A stretch of 64,000 nucleotides of DNA from Emiliania huxleyi CCMP1516 (lineage: Eukaryota). The notes beneath the pieces are model-generated. The model had not been told where the DNA came from, did no database searches, and saw only the letters and a program-made list of their open reading frames with translations. Location: positions 342,475 through 406,474 of the forward strand of contig NW_005201493.1 in the NCBI RefSeq assembly GCF_000372725.1, in the 5' to 3' direction. Each line of letters begins with the position of its first letter. The stretch's first letter is position 1. The translations under genes and the position numbers were made by a program. Shown here piece after piece: positions 20,697-32,252 of the stretch.

Positions 20697-21884
20697 TCAA
20701 CGCGAGCAAGAGGAATCCGCTGTACCCAGGGGCTTCTTCTTGTACCAATCGCCAATCTGGCCCTCGAACTCAAAGAAGAAGGGATAGAGCGATCCGATGA
20801 TCACGCCACTGAACACGAACCACATGACGAGCATGACCACACGTGTCCAGCCTTCCCGTTGGAATTTAATGAAGTAGCACGCGTAGACCGCGGTGAGCAC
20901 AAACCCGATAGCTGGGATGAAGGAGATCTGCCACCAGTCAACGTGGAAGAGTAGCATCACGATGATGGCCACCTGAAACCCGCCCATGACGAATCCTGCT
21001 TGGACCGGCTTCCGCGACGCGAGATCACTCGCTGCTTTGGTGAGTACGATCTCATCAAAGGCCGTCTGGTTTCGGAGAACAGAGTACTGCAGGACCTTCA
21101 GCGCATTCTTGTCCATGTTCATCAGGTAGCCCGCGACGGAGCCGAGCACGAGAAGTTTGCTGTACGAAGGCAGATGGTCAACATCGACCGTTGCGGTCCA
21201 AGCTGCCGTGCAAGAGGTGACATAAATCAGCATCGGGTAGACCAGAGCAAGGTTGAACTCGACGAAGCAGCCCCAAAATACGAGCAGCGACCGACGCGGA
21301 TGCCAGGCTCCAGGCTGCCCGCTGCCGCGCAGGGCACCGATAGAATGCAACAGCAAGCGCTGATATGCAACCTCCTCGAAGCCATCAAGCTCGATCAAAG
21401 TGAGGACGAGTGCGAGCGGGAAGAGCACGAGAGAGCCGATGGCAGCTGCACTCTCCGATGCCCACGAGATGCTGGTCCACCTAAAGTTGAAGCTGTCAGC
21501 CAGAGGATCGTGGCAAATCGGGGCCACCGTCTGGTATGTCGTCACTTTGTCCAGGAAGGAAGAGAACACGGAGGCAAACATAATCAACGCCTGCAGGAGG
21601 ACCAGAAACACGGAGAAGAGCAGTGGGAGGTCAATCTGCCCCGTTGAGAGGCTGTGTACCATTGCCCATGTGAAGAGGCTCTTGACCTTGACGCTTTCGA
21701 GGTTGGTGATGTCGACTGGGTCCTCGCCACCAGTGCAAGAGGCTTTGGGGAGCACTCCGTATTTCGGAAGCTCGCCCGACCATCTGAACTTGACCTCTGC
21801 CACCTGAGCATCGGTGAAGAGAAACAAGTGCTTCAAAAATCGCATACGAAGGGCGTCGGATGCGCTCAGCGGCACAGGCGGCAC
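20697..21884 (-). CDS. Multi-pass membrane protein of unknown function
   Basis: Long ORF of lower GC with about 6-7 hydrophobic helices; first ATG near 21844. Confidence 0.6.
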   Translation of the reverse strand: MPPVPLSASDALRMRFLKHLFLFTDAQVAEVKFRWSGELPKYGVLPKASCTGGEDPVDITNLESVKVKSLFTWAMVHSLSTGQIDLPLLFSVFLVLLQALIMFASVFSSFLDKVTTYQTVAPICHDPLADSFNFRWTSISWASESAAAIGSLVLFPLALVLTLIELDGFEEVAYQRLLLHSIGALRGSGQPGAWHPRRSLLVFWGCFVEFNLALVYPMLIYVTSCTAAWTATVDVDHLPSYSKLLVLGSVAGYLMNMDKNALKVLQYSVLRNQTAFDEIVLTKAASDLASRKPVQAGFVMGGFQVAIIVMLLFHVDWWQISFIPAIGFVLTAVYACYFIKFQREGWTRVVMLVMWFVFSGVIIGSLYPFFFEFEGQIGDWYKKKPLGTADSSCSR

Positions 21885-21911
21885 GTTTGGCGCCGAATTT
21901 GTTCGTAAAAG

Positions 21912-22236
21912 TTTTATCAGGAATTAAGAGAACGACGCGACAGAGGAGGAAGTGACAGTGCCGTTCTCCCATCCCTCCCTTGGGTTGTGTGTTTTCTTTC
22001 TTTCTTTCTTTAGGGAGAGAACGACGAGAGTGGGACGGCCGCGAGGTGGCATGAAGGTTGCAGCGAGAAGCGGCGAGAGACTGCGAAAAGAGATACGAAG
22101 AAGCAGACTCCCCAGGGTGGGCGACGGCTAGCGCATCACACTCCTCTCCTTAAAATCCCTGTGCGGTGACGGCGTGCCGTTCTCCCATCCCTCCCTTGGG
22201 TTGTCTGTTTTCTTTCTTTCTTTTTATCAGGAATTA
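21912..22236 (+). mobile_element. SINE-like dimeric insertion (repeat B) with 15-bp TSD and (TTTC)n tails
   Basis: ttttatcaggaatta at 21912-21926 and 22222-22236. Two subunits each begin agagaacgacg and end gtgccgttctcccatccctcccttgggttgt.tgttttctttctttc. Confidence 0.75.
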
Positions 22237-22557
22237 CTCCAATGTCGTCCACGACCCTGGAAATACTCCCTCCTTTGCGTTTTTTTTCACTCGAGACCGA
22301 CAAGCTCGTCTTGATTTGCCAACAACAAACCTAAAACAAGCTCGAGGAAGCGGTCGATGCTGCACTCGACCGAGAGTTACGACTACGACAACGCCCGAGC
22401 ACGCCCCCCCGGGCTTTTGGCGGCGCCGGCGGCGACGACGCCTTCGACGTGCTCTACGACGGGGGCTCGGGGTACGGGTGGGATTCCTCTTCGGGGGGCG
22501 GCGCCTTCTTCTAGGCGCCCTTGACCCAACATAGAGGGCGCTGTGTGAGCCTGCTTT

Positions 22558-22760
22558 TGGTGTGAGTGAGTGAGTATTCTTGATACGAAACCACGACGAC
22601 ACACACCAGTCGACTCGCATCGGTTGCCTCCATTAACGGCGGAGCTATTCTCGCGCCCACACCACACCTGGCTCCAACGTGGACACGCCCATAGCTGGGG
22701 ACACTACTAGGTCATGCATGGCTTCAGAAGTTTTATCTCTGGGCCCCGAAAGGCATCTCT
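22558..22760 (-). repeat. ~200-bp dispersed repeat C, copy 2 (inverted)
   Basis: Reverse complement of 18413-18613. Confidence 0.92.
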
Positions 22761-22874
22761 CTCTCTCTCTCTCTCACACGCCTGCTTTTGGGTAATATAA
22801 AATAAGTAAGAGAGTTGAAGGGGAAGTGCCCCATACTCTCTCAGTACTCGAGTACCTGGTACCGTCCCCTCAGT

Positions 22875-24833
22875 ATGAGCTTTGACGGCCGCAGCAGCGA
22901 GATGGCCACGGTCGACGTGCTCGTGGTTGGAGCTGGCCCAGTCGGCATTACGGCAGCCATCGCACTCGCGGAGAAGGGCGTGCACGTTCGGATTGTTGAT
23001 AGCAACCTTGCGCCTGTTATCCTTACCAAGGCGTCGGGCACGCAGGCGCGGACCCTCGAGCAGCTCCCGGAACGTGTCGTTGCTGCCATGCAGGCTGGCT
23101 CCGTGACGGCCTTGATGGCGCGGGTCTGGGAGAATACCGACCAGGGCAAAGCTGCTGTGCTGAGCATTGACATGCGCGGCAGGACGGACACCTTTGAGGG
23201 AGTCCTGGCCCAAGAGCAGTGGCGGACAGAAAAGGTGCTGAGTGAGTATTTTGAGACTTTGCCGGGCGTGCGTGGCCGGATGAAGATTGAGCGCGGCACC
23301 AAGCTCGTCTCATTTGAGGCAGACGACCTGGGGGTGACTTGCGAGCTTGACACGCCAGCGGGTAAGCAGATGCTCGCCTGCGGATGGCTGTTGGCGGCGG
23401 ACGGTGGGAGGAGCACCATTCGCAAGGCCCTCGGGTTGTCCTTTGACGGCGAGACCATGGACGAGAACTTCCTCGCCCTCCATGCCACATTTGACGGCCT
23501 CGGCGAGTGTTGCTGGAGCGACGGCATCCACACGACCGAAGTTGGCCTGAGCAAGGGCAGCGGCATGGCGCCCGGCCTCTTCTTTTCCATGCCTATGCCG
23601 GAGGACTCGCCCCGGGCGCAGCTATTAATCGTTGACCTGGACGAGGCGCAGTCGGCGAGCTTCCTGACCGGCGAGGCGGACTCTCATGGCCGCCCGCTCC
23701 TACGGCCGCCACGCGACGACGAGGTCGCAGAGATAGCGCGCGTCCGCGGCTTTGGCACGTCTGAGCTACGGGTCGTCCCCGGCTCCGTCAAGTGGTGCAC
23801 CGGATTCAAGGTAAACTCGCGGCTGGTCGAGCATTATCGCTCGGACCGCGTCTTTCTCTGTGGCGACGCATGCCACTGTCACTCCCCACTCGGCGGTCAG
23901 GGGATGAACATGGGCATGCAGGACGCGCTCAACCTCGCCTGGAAGCTTGCCATGGTGGTGCGGGGGCAGGCAAGGATCGACGGCCCTCTGCTCGACACGT
24001 ACGAGGCGGAGCGACGTGGCACCGACGAGCGCATCTGCAGGGCCATCGAGCGTGCCGCGCACGGCGCCGCTAGCCGTAACCCGCTAGTCTTCTTCATTCG
24101 CGGCAGCTTGCAGCGCCTCGCTGGCATGCTCCCGGCGCTGCATGGCACCGCGGTGCGAGCGGTTGCGATGCAGATCCACTCCTACCGTGACTGCGCACTG
24201 AGCAGAGAGCACTGGGAGCGGCCGCCGGCCTTCCCACCGCTGCCAGTCTCGAGGATCTTCCCAGCCGGGGGCTATAGGCGGCGGCAGAACCTGTATCGGT
24301 GGGTCGGTCACCGGATTCGTGCCGGCGATCGACTGCCAAACTTTGACCTCCCTGGTGCACAGCAAGGCCTTCCTGCGCGCCGGCTCTATCCTTACAATCA
24401 CGGATGGATGCTGTTGCTCTGCGAGGGGTACGCTCACGAAAACGCCGACCTCGCGCGCAACCTCAGCTCAGTCAAAATACTCTCAGCAGCGGAGCTCAAC
24501 GCCCTGGGCAAGGAAATCAAGTCGTACAGCCGTGGGGTGATTGAGACGGTCGTCACGCTGCCAGCCTCGCACCCTGCCCTCGAGGTCCTCGGTGTGCAGG
24601 CCCAGTGCCTCATGCTCGTGCGGCCGGACTCGCACGTCGCGCTGCGCTCCGAGCCGGCGCGCTTGGGGTCGGTCCTGCGCTACCTTGAGAGCGCTGTCGG
24701 GGTGAAGGGACTGTCGTGGGACAGGGCTGGGTGTCCGCCCTCGTCACCCCGCTTTGATTACCTGCCCGTGGTCGTGTGGGCCAGTGTCGCTGCCGCTGCG
24801 GTTGCGATCCAGCTCCGAAGGTGGCCGAGGTAG
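22875..24833 (+). CDS. FAD-dependent monooxygenase (group A, FAD_binding_3 type) with C-terminal hydrophobic anchor
   Basis: VVGAGPVG, ADGGRSTIR, GDACHCHSPLGGQGMNMGMQDALNLAWKL, YEAERR, LVRPDSHV. Intronless. Confidence 0.93.
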   Translation: MSFDGRSSEMATVDVLVVGAGPVGITAAIALAEKGVHVRIVDSNLAPVILTKASGTQARTLEQLPERVVAAMQAGSVTALMARVWENTDQGKAAVLSIDMRGRTDTFEGVLAQEQWRTEKVLSEYFETLPGVRGRMKIERGTKLVSFEADDLGVTCELDTPAGKQMLACGWLLAADGGRSTIRKALGLSFDGETMDENFLALHATFDGLGECCWSDGIHTTEVGLSKGSGMAPGLFFSMPMPEDSPRAQLLIVDLDEAQSASFLTGEADSHGRPLLRPPRDDEVAEIARVRGFGTSELRVVPGSVKWCTGFKVNSRLVEHYRSDRVFLCGDACHCHSPLGGQGMNMGMQDALNLAWKLAMVVRGQARIDGPLLDTYEAERRGTDERICRAIERAAHGAASRNPLVFFIRGSLQRLAGMLPALHGTAVRAVAMQIHSYRDCALSREHWERPPAFPPLPVSRIFPAGGYRRRQNLYRWVGHRIRAGDRLPNFDLPGAQQGLPARRLYPYNHGWMLLLCEGYAHENADLARNLSSVKILSAAELNALGKEIKSYSRGVIETVVTLPASHPALEVLGVQAQCLMLVRPDSHVALRSEPARLGSVLRYLESAVGVKGLSWDRAGCPPSSPRFDYLPVVVWASVAAAAVAIQLRRWPR

Positions 24834-25051
24834 GTAGGTGAAGATCGAGACCAGGATTGGAGAGCCGAGAGGAACAGGTGGCGCGCTGTCTCTTTTCTCA
24901 GCGGCTGTAGAGACCCGCGTCCGTGTAGTGACTCTGTGTAGCAAAATTGACAAATCACAATTCACGTCGTGGTGTAATACAGTGTGTGTTCGCAGTACAC
25001 GCACGGTACCACGCGCAATGGCAGCTCTAGAGTCAAGCGAGCGCAAGGGTG

Positions 25052-25528
25052 TCAGCGCAGATAGACGATGGTGCACCCGTTCCCCCCCTCCGGCTCGGGC
25101 GCATCCTCAAACCGCGCGACCAGGGGGTCCTCCGCGAGCCGCTCCCTCACGAAGCGGCGCATCTGGCCGGTGCCGCGGCCGGTGATGATGTACAGACAGC
25201 CGAGGTCCATCGCACGATCGAGCGCGTGCGCGACGTCGTCGCCAACCTCGTTGAGCCGCTTGCCGCGCAAGTCGAGCGTGTTGCTAGGGACGCGCACCGC
25301 GGTCACGCGGCGCTCGCGCTTCCCGCCCTTGCGACCCGCAGCCTTTGGGGGCGGCACCACCCTCTCGGCCTTGATGACCCTGGCCACCTCGGCCGCCTTC
25401 ACCTTCATCGTCAGCCCGCCGTACGCCACCGTCAGCTGCTTCCCCTTCCTCGACTCTACCAGCACCGGCTCCTCCCCGAGTCGACGCACGATCACCGAGT
25501 CGCCAGCCTCCGCCTCCTCCCGGCCCAC

Positions 25529-25580
<52 letters not shown>

Positions 25581-28500
25581 TCCGCCTCTGGCGCTCCCGC
25601 CACCCGCTTTCCAATCACAGACAGGCGGTGCAGCGTCGCCGAGGGGGTCGGCGCGGGGCCGTCGGCGCCAGCCTTGGCCGCGGCCACCAAGTCTGCGATC
25701 TGCGCGCGCGCGGCGTCGAGCTCGCGCTGCAGCGCCTCGCGCGACGCCGCCGCCTCCGCCGCGGCCGCCGCCTCCTGCTCCAGCCGGCGCGCCTCGAGCT
25801 GCCGCCGCGCCCCCTCAGCCTCGTCGCGCAAGCCGACCAGCTGCTGCCGCAGCGCCCGCTGCTCCCCCTGCTCGGCCTGCATCCGCTCGATCAGCTCGCC
25901 GACGTCCGCCTCGCCCGCACCTATTCACAGCCAGAGGTGTGAAGAGACGCTGTTCACAGCTCGCCGACGTCCGCCTCGCCCGCGCCGAGCGACTCGACCG
26001 CGTCGTCGAGCACGTCAGGCTGCAGCCCGAGCCGCCGCGCGATGGCAATGGCGTTGGAGCGGCCGGGGACGCCTAGAGGGCAATCTCGGGCGATCTCGGG
26101 TGATCTCGCGTGATCTCGCCGTCCTCTCGCGTTGTCGGACGCCCCAGAGGAGGCGGTAGGTTGGCGCGAGCGCGACGTCGTCGAACTCGACGCATGCGTT
26201 CTCGAAGGCGGCGTCCGAGTACCTGTTAGTGAGTGACCCTGCCGCTCCTCAGAGGCTCATGAACTGCTTCATTAGAGGGGGGAAGGGGGGGGGGGGAGGG
26301 GGTCCGGGTACTTGAGCGTCTTGAGCGACGAGTGGTGCGTCGTGCACATCGTCAGCCCCGCCGTCGCCTTGAGCCGCCGCAGCACCTATTCACAGCTAGA
26401 GGTGTGAAGAGACGCTGCTCACAGCCCGCCGTCGCCTTGAGCCGCCGCAGCACCTATTCACAGCTAGAGGTGTGAAGAGACGCTGCTCACAGCCCGCCGT
26501 CGCCTTGAGCCGCCGCAGCACCTATTCACAGCTAGAGGTGTGAAGAGACGCTGCTCACAGCCCGCCGTCGCCTTGAGCCGCCGCAGCACCGCCGCCCCGA
26601 GCGCAGACCCCTCCGTCGGATCGGTGCCGGCGCCAACCTACCAAAGGGGGCGGGTCGGTGCCGCCGTCCGCCTCGCCGAGCAGCACGAGCGAGATCAGCC
26701 GAGAGATTACCCGAGAGAGTACCCGAGAGTACCCGAGAGAGTACCCGAGAGTACCCGAGAGTACCCGAGAGTACCCGAGAGTAGCCGAGAGTAGCCGAGA
26801 GTACCCGAGAGTAGCCGAGAGTACCCGAGAGTACCCGAGAGTACCCGAGAGTACCCGAGAGTACCCGAGATTAGCCGAGAGTGCCCAAGAGTACCCGAGA
26901 GTACCCGAGAGTACCCGAGAGTACCCGAGAGTACCCGAGAGTACCCGAGAGTACCCGAGAGTACCCGAGAGTACCCGAGAGTACCCGAGAGTACCCGAGA
27001 GTACCCGAGAGTACCCGAGTGTACCCGAGAGTGCCCGAGAGTGCCCGAGATTGCCCGAGATTGCCCGAGATTGCCCGAGATTGCGCCTCGTCGAGCAGTA
27101 CGAGCGACTCGCAGCTCACGCGCTGCAGGATGGCGCGCACCCGCGCCACGTGCGCCGAGAAGGTCGAGAGGGACTGCACCTATTCACAGCTGCAGGTGTG
27201 AAGAGACGCTGTTCACAGCTCGCCGAGAAGGTCGAGAGGGACTGCACCTATTCACAGCTGCAGGTGTGAAGAGACGCTGTTCACAGCTCCGAGAAGGTCG
27301 AGAGGGACTGCACCTATTCACAGCTGCAGGTGTGAAGAGACGCTGTTCACAGCTCGCCGAGAAGGTCGAGAGTGACTGCACCAGCGACTGGTCGTCGCCT
27401 ATGCGGAGGCGCAACCTCGGCTGATCTCGGGTGGATCTCGGCTGATCTCGCGTGCGACGACTGGCCGTCGTCGCCGATGTCTGCCATCACGGCGTCAAAC
27501 CAGGGCACGGCGGCGACCGCCGACGGCGAGGCGTCGGCCGAGAGAGAGCGGCCACGCGGCTCTGAGCAGACGGGCCACAGTCCAGCCTGCGATTTGGGGG
27601 GGGGTGGGGGGAGATGGGGTGGCCACGGGGGGGGGAGATGGGGGGAGAGATGGGGGGAGAGATGGGGGGAGATGGGGGGAGATGGGGGGAGAGATGGGGG
27701 GAGATGGGGGGAGATGGGGGGAGATGGGGGGAGATGGGGGGAGATGGGGGGAGATGGGGGGAGATGGGGGGAGATGGGGGGAGATGGGGGGAGATGGGGG
27801 GAGATGGGGGGAGACGGGGGGAGATGGGGGGAGACGGGGGGAGACGGGGGGAGATGGGGGGAGGTGAGGCCAGCCTTGGCCATCAGCACTGCCAGCCCGA
27901 GGTTCTTCAGTGCCACTGTCTTCCCGCCGGTGTTCGGCCCGGTGATCACGATCGCGCGCACGTGCGGCGGGAGCTCGTAGTCCTGCTCAAACGACGACCT
28001 TACTCAAGGGCTGATTGAGGGCTGATTAAGGGCTGATTAAGGGCTGATTAAGGGCTGATTAAGGGCTGATTAAGGGCTGATTAAGGGCTGATTAAGGGCT
28101 GATTAAGGGCTAGTTAAGGGCTAGTTAAGGAAGCTCGTAGTCCTGCTCAAACGACGACCTTACTCAAGGGCTGATTGAGGGCTGATTAAGGGCTAATTTA
28201 GGGCTAGTTAAGGAGGCTCGTAGTCCTGCTCAAACGACGACCTTACTCAAGGGCTGATGAAGGGCTGATGAAGGGCTGATTAAGGGCTGATTAAGGGCTG
28301 ATTAAGGGCTGATTAAGGAGGCTCGTAGTCCTGCGCCACGACATCGCCCCGCTCGACCGGCTCGGAGGGCGCAGGCTGCAGCAGCAGAGGGTGCAGCAGC
28401 CCCTGCAGTGCCACGCCCTCCGCCCGGTGGTCCGAGAAGCGGACGGGCACTCCGCCCACGGCGGCGGCGTACCGCGCGCGCGCGGCGGCGAGGTCGACCT

Positions 28501-29470
28501 TCGTCACGGCGCTGTGCAGCGCCTCGAGCTCGTGAGCGACGGCAGGCGCGCCCACTCGCTTGGAGAGCGCCTGCAGCACCGCCCGCACGTACGTCATCTC
28601 TCGGCCGTCTCTCGGCCGTCTCTCGGCCGCCTAGCGCCTGCAGCACCGCCCGCACGTAAATCATCTCTCGGCCGTCTCTCGGCAGTCGAACGCCTGCAGC
28701 ACCGCCCGCACGAGCGTTTGCTCGCGCCTGGCGAGCTGGCGCAGCTTTGTGTTTGCGCCCTCGACCTGCGGGGAGAGGTGGGGAGGTGCGGGGAGAGACA
28801 GGGAGAGATTGGGAGATATGGGGGCTGGGCCCGCCAACCTGCACGGAGATATGGGGAGATATGGGGAGATATGGGGAGATATGGGGAGATATGGGGGGAT
28901 ATGGGGAGATATGGGGGGATACGGGGGATGGGCTCTCCAACCTCCTTGGGCTCGATAAAGAGCGTCTGCCCCGAGCCAGACACGTCGCGCACGACGCCCG
29001 GCACGCGGTGCTTCTGCTTGGCCACCACCTGCGAGGCGGAGCGGTCCGCTCTCCCCCCAAGACGAACGCGTCATCATGTATCCCCATCTCTCCCCATCTC
29101 TCCCCATCTCTCCCCACATCTCCCCATATCTCAGGCCGCCTGCAGGACGAAGCGGTCCGCGCGCAGCGTCGGCAAACGGTTCGCCAGCACCGAGTCGCCC
29201 TTCTTCGCCACCAGCTCCGCCAGGCTCTTGCGCACCGCCGCCGCCAGCTCTCGCTTGGCGAACCGCACCTCGCCGAGCCCGTCCGAGGCGGAGTCGCGCA
29301 CGACGCCTAGCGGGGACGTGTCTCGGACATGTCGCGGACGTGTCCCGGAACGTCTCCGAGGCGGAGTCGCGCGTCTTTCGCCGGCGTCGTCGACTGCCTC
29401 GTCAATGGCGAGCTTGAGAGCCGCCTGCACGCCGACCCCGTCGAAGAGGGCCGGGAGCCTATGCGGCACG

Positions 29471-29504
<34 letters not shown>

Positions 29505-30027
29505 TGCCGCTGCTGCCTTGCGCATCGTCGAGCGAGCGCATCTTCTTGACGAGAGAGGCTGCGGCCCCGAGGGAGGTGGATATGGAGGCGAGTTGCGGGC
29601 CCTCGAGCACCGCTCCCTTGGACGCCAGCGAGACCAGTGGCAGCCAGTCGGTGAAGCCCTTGAGCTCGAGAGGCACGCCGAGGCTCCTCTCGATGGCGAA
29701 CGCCTCTGCCGTCTCCTCGAGCAGCGCCTCCGACTCGGCGCGCTCGCGCGGCAGCGGGATGCCAGCGCCGTACAGCTCGCGCGAAAAGGCCGTCGACGCG
29801 TGCTGAGCGACGTGCGCGGAGAGCCGAGGCCACTCGAGCAGGTCGAGCGTTGCCACGGCTGGGTCGGCAGCGGTGGGCGCGGGAGAGCTCTCTTCGGCAG
29901 CGGCGGGAGCTGCGGTGGACTCGGCGGTCGCTCCAAGCAGGACCGCTGCAGGACGCTGGGCCGGTTTAAGCTGAGGCGCGAGCTGCCGAGGCGCGAAGGC
30001 GGCTGCCACGGCTGCCACGAAAAGCAT
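25052..30027 (-). CDS. mutS2: MutS2 (MutS ATPase plus Smr domain), probably plastid-targeted, about 12-13 introns
   Basis: [82 protein letters not shown]; Smr LDLRG...IITGRGTG...[10 protein letters not shown]; leader [13 protein letters not shown]. Confidence 0.95.
26700..27082. repeat. Intronic 10-bp tandem repeat (GAGAGTACCC)n
   Basis: Directly visible. Other 10-11-mer arrays at 15165-15380, 27610-27865, 28005-28318, 28815-28930, 43015-43140 and 52036-52210. Confidence 0.97.
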
Positions 30028-31423
30028 GGCCGGTTCTGGGAAAGCGGTGCAGGGAGAAAAGAAAAGCGCGACGCACGCCCCTGGCGGGCCCTCTCCGCGC
30101 CGCGATGCGCCCCCTCCCCCCTCGCTTTTGCAAAATCCTGCAAAGGTGGGGACGTGTCTGTCCTCGACCCAGCCCTAGCTTGGGATGTCCGTTTTATTTA
30201 TTTATTTTATTGGGCGCCGCGGACCAGTTCCGCGAGCGCTCGTCAGCGGGTGGTGTGCGGTTCTTGCCGTAGTTCCTCTTCGGTCGCCTAGCCCCGGCGC
30301 CGTCTGTCGGACGCCTGCGTGTCACGAGTGCGAGCCGCTCGCGGTTCGTACACCCGCTTGCGGGTTCGAGTGGCGGGCCATCCCGCTTGCGGGATGGCTT
30401 AGCGGGTTCGAGCCGTCACACATTGGCTGCCGGGGTGTGCCGAGGGGGGGCTGGGTGGGCGGTAAGCCGTCATTGCCCGGCGCTGCTTGCAGCGCTCTGG
30501 GTGGTAGTGGCGGCGCTCCAAGAGTGGTGCTCTTGGGAAGAGGTTCCTCCTTTCCGCTCCCCCCCCGCAAGGCGCGAGACACACACACACAGCGCCGTTG
30601 GTCACCAGCCTCCGTCCTCCCATCCCTCCATTGGCTTGCTGTTTTCTTTCTTTCTTTCAGCCTCCGGCGGGCCCGCTACCATCCAAACCCGAGTCCGGTC
30701 TACTAATCATAGATAGAGGCTCAAGCTGCGTGACATACACAAGTCCACACTGCACACCCCCCTACTTACACATACATGTACACAAAGCAACTCTCACTCA
30801 CGATACACGGGCACCGGGTGGAGCGGCGGCGGCGGCGGCAGCAGCACGCGCGGGCGGACGGATTCGGACGGGGCGGAGCAGCGACACGATTCACGCGACG
30901 GGCGAGGCGCGGGCGACGGCTTCCTCAGAAGCCGTCGCCCGCACCACAGGAGCAGTCACACCACTCCCACTCCGGCGCCCACCCACTCCCCTTTAAACAA
31001 AAGAACTCCCTCTCACAGCAGACAGGCTCGACACAGGTGCGAACTGGCGCGTGCTAGCGTCGGGGGGTGAGGTATCTGGAATATGGTGTGCAGATGGCGT
31101 CCGTGGCTCTAAGGCGCAGGGCTAAGTCAAACACCCCACAGGGCGCCATCACCCTCGCCACACGCCGCACCTCCACCAGCAGCGGCCCGACGCCTGCCTG
31201 GGCCGCCAGCAGCGCGGCCTCGACGTGCATCACGTGCTCCCCCGCCCTCGCCGCAACTGAGAAAGCGAGCACGCCGCACCTCGGCGCAATTGTTGCTGTC
31301 GTTCTGAGGACTCGCGCGACGTGGTGATTGTATGTTTGTATCTGTGGTGAAGAAGAACAGCCAGGCTCGGTCTGGATGCCGGCGCGGTCTGGGCGCGGTA
31401 TGGGCGATCATTCGTGTGAGGTA

Positions 31424-31564
<141 letters not shown>

Positions 31565-32252
31565 GAGGCGTGTTGTTGCTGGCGGCCGAGGCGGTGAGCT
31601 GCTGGTGATGTCGCCCTGAGGGTGGTTGAGGTAGCCCGCGCCTCGTAAATCAAGCTGCGCACACAACGCGGCCAAAGGATATCCACCTCGAGAACCTCGA
31701 GAGAAGCTGCGCTCGGAGGCAAAATTCTTTTCAACGCGGCGAGGGCGGTCGAGTGCAGGGAGCTAAGTGCCTCGCCGTCCTCGCAGGAGTCGCTTAGGCG
31801 ACTCCCGTGGTGTACCTGTGTTAGTGCCAGTGCGCGCCAGTCCCGTGCCCAGTGTCGTGCGAGGGAGTGCCTGTGATAGTGCTAGCACGCGCCAGTTCGC
31901 ACCTGTGTCGAGCCTGTCTGCCGGGCCGTCTTCTTTTCTTTCCCCACGGCGTTTCAGAAGCAATCCTTGTCCCGGCGCGTCTCACCCTGCTTTGTGGTTC
32001 TCCTTTGAAGACTGTCCTCTACAGCAAACAGGCGCACACACGCCACCGCTCCGCGCTCTCGCACTCTCAACAGCCTCGTCAGGTCGACTCGCACAACGCT
32101 TACCTTGCGTGCCGTCTCTGCACCCACCGCGCCACGTCGGCGTCGCTCGCCCCGCCTCTGCACCTCTCTCTCTCTCCCTCCCTCTGCCACACCGCAATGC
32201 TCAAACCCAAGCACATCGTGTCTAATCAGCATCGTCTTCCCGCAGAACTCGC

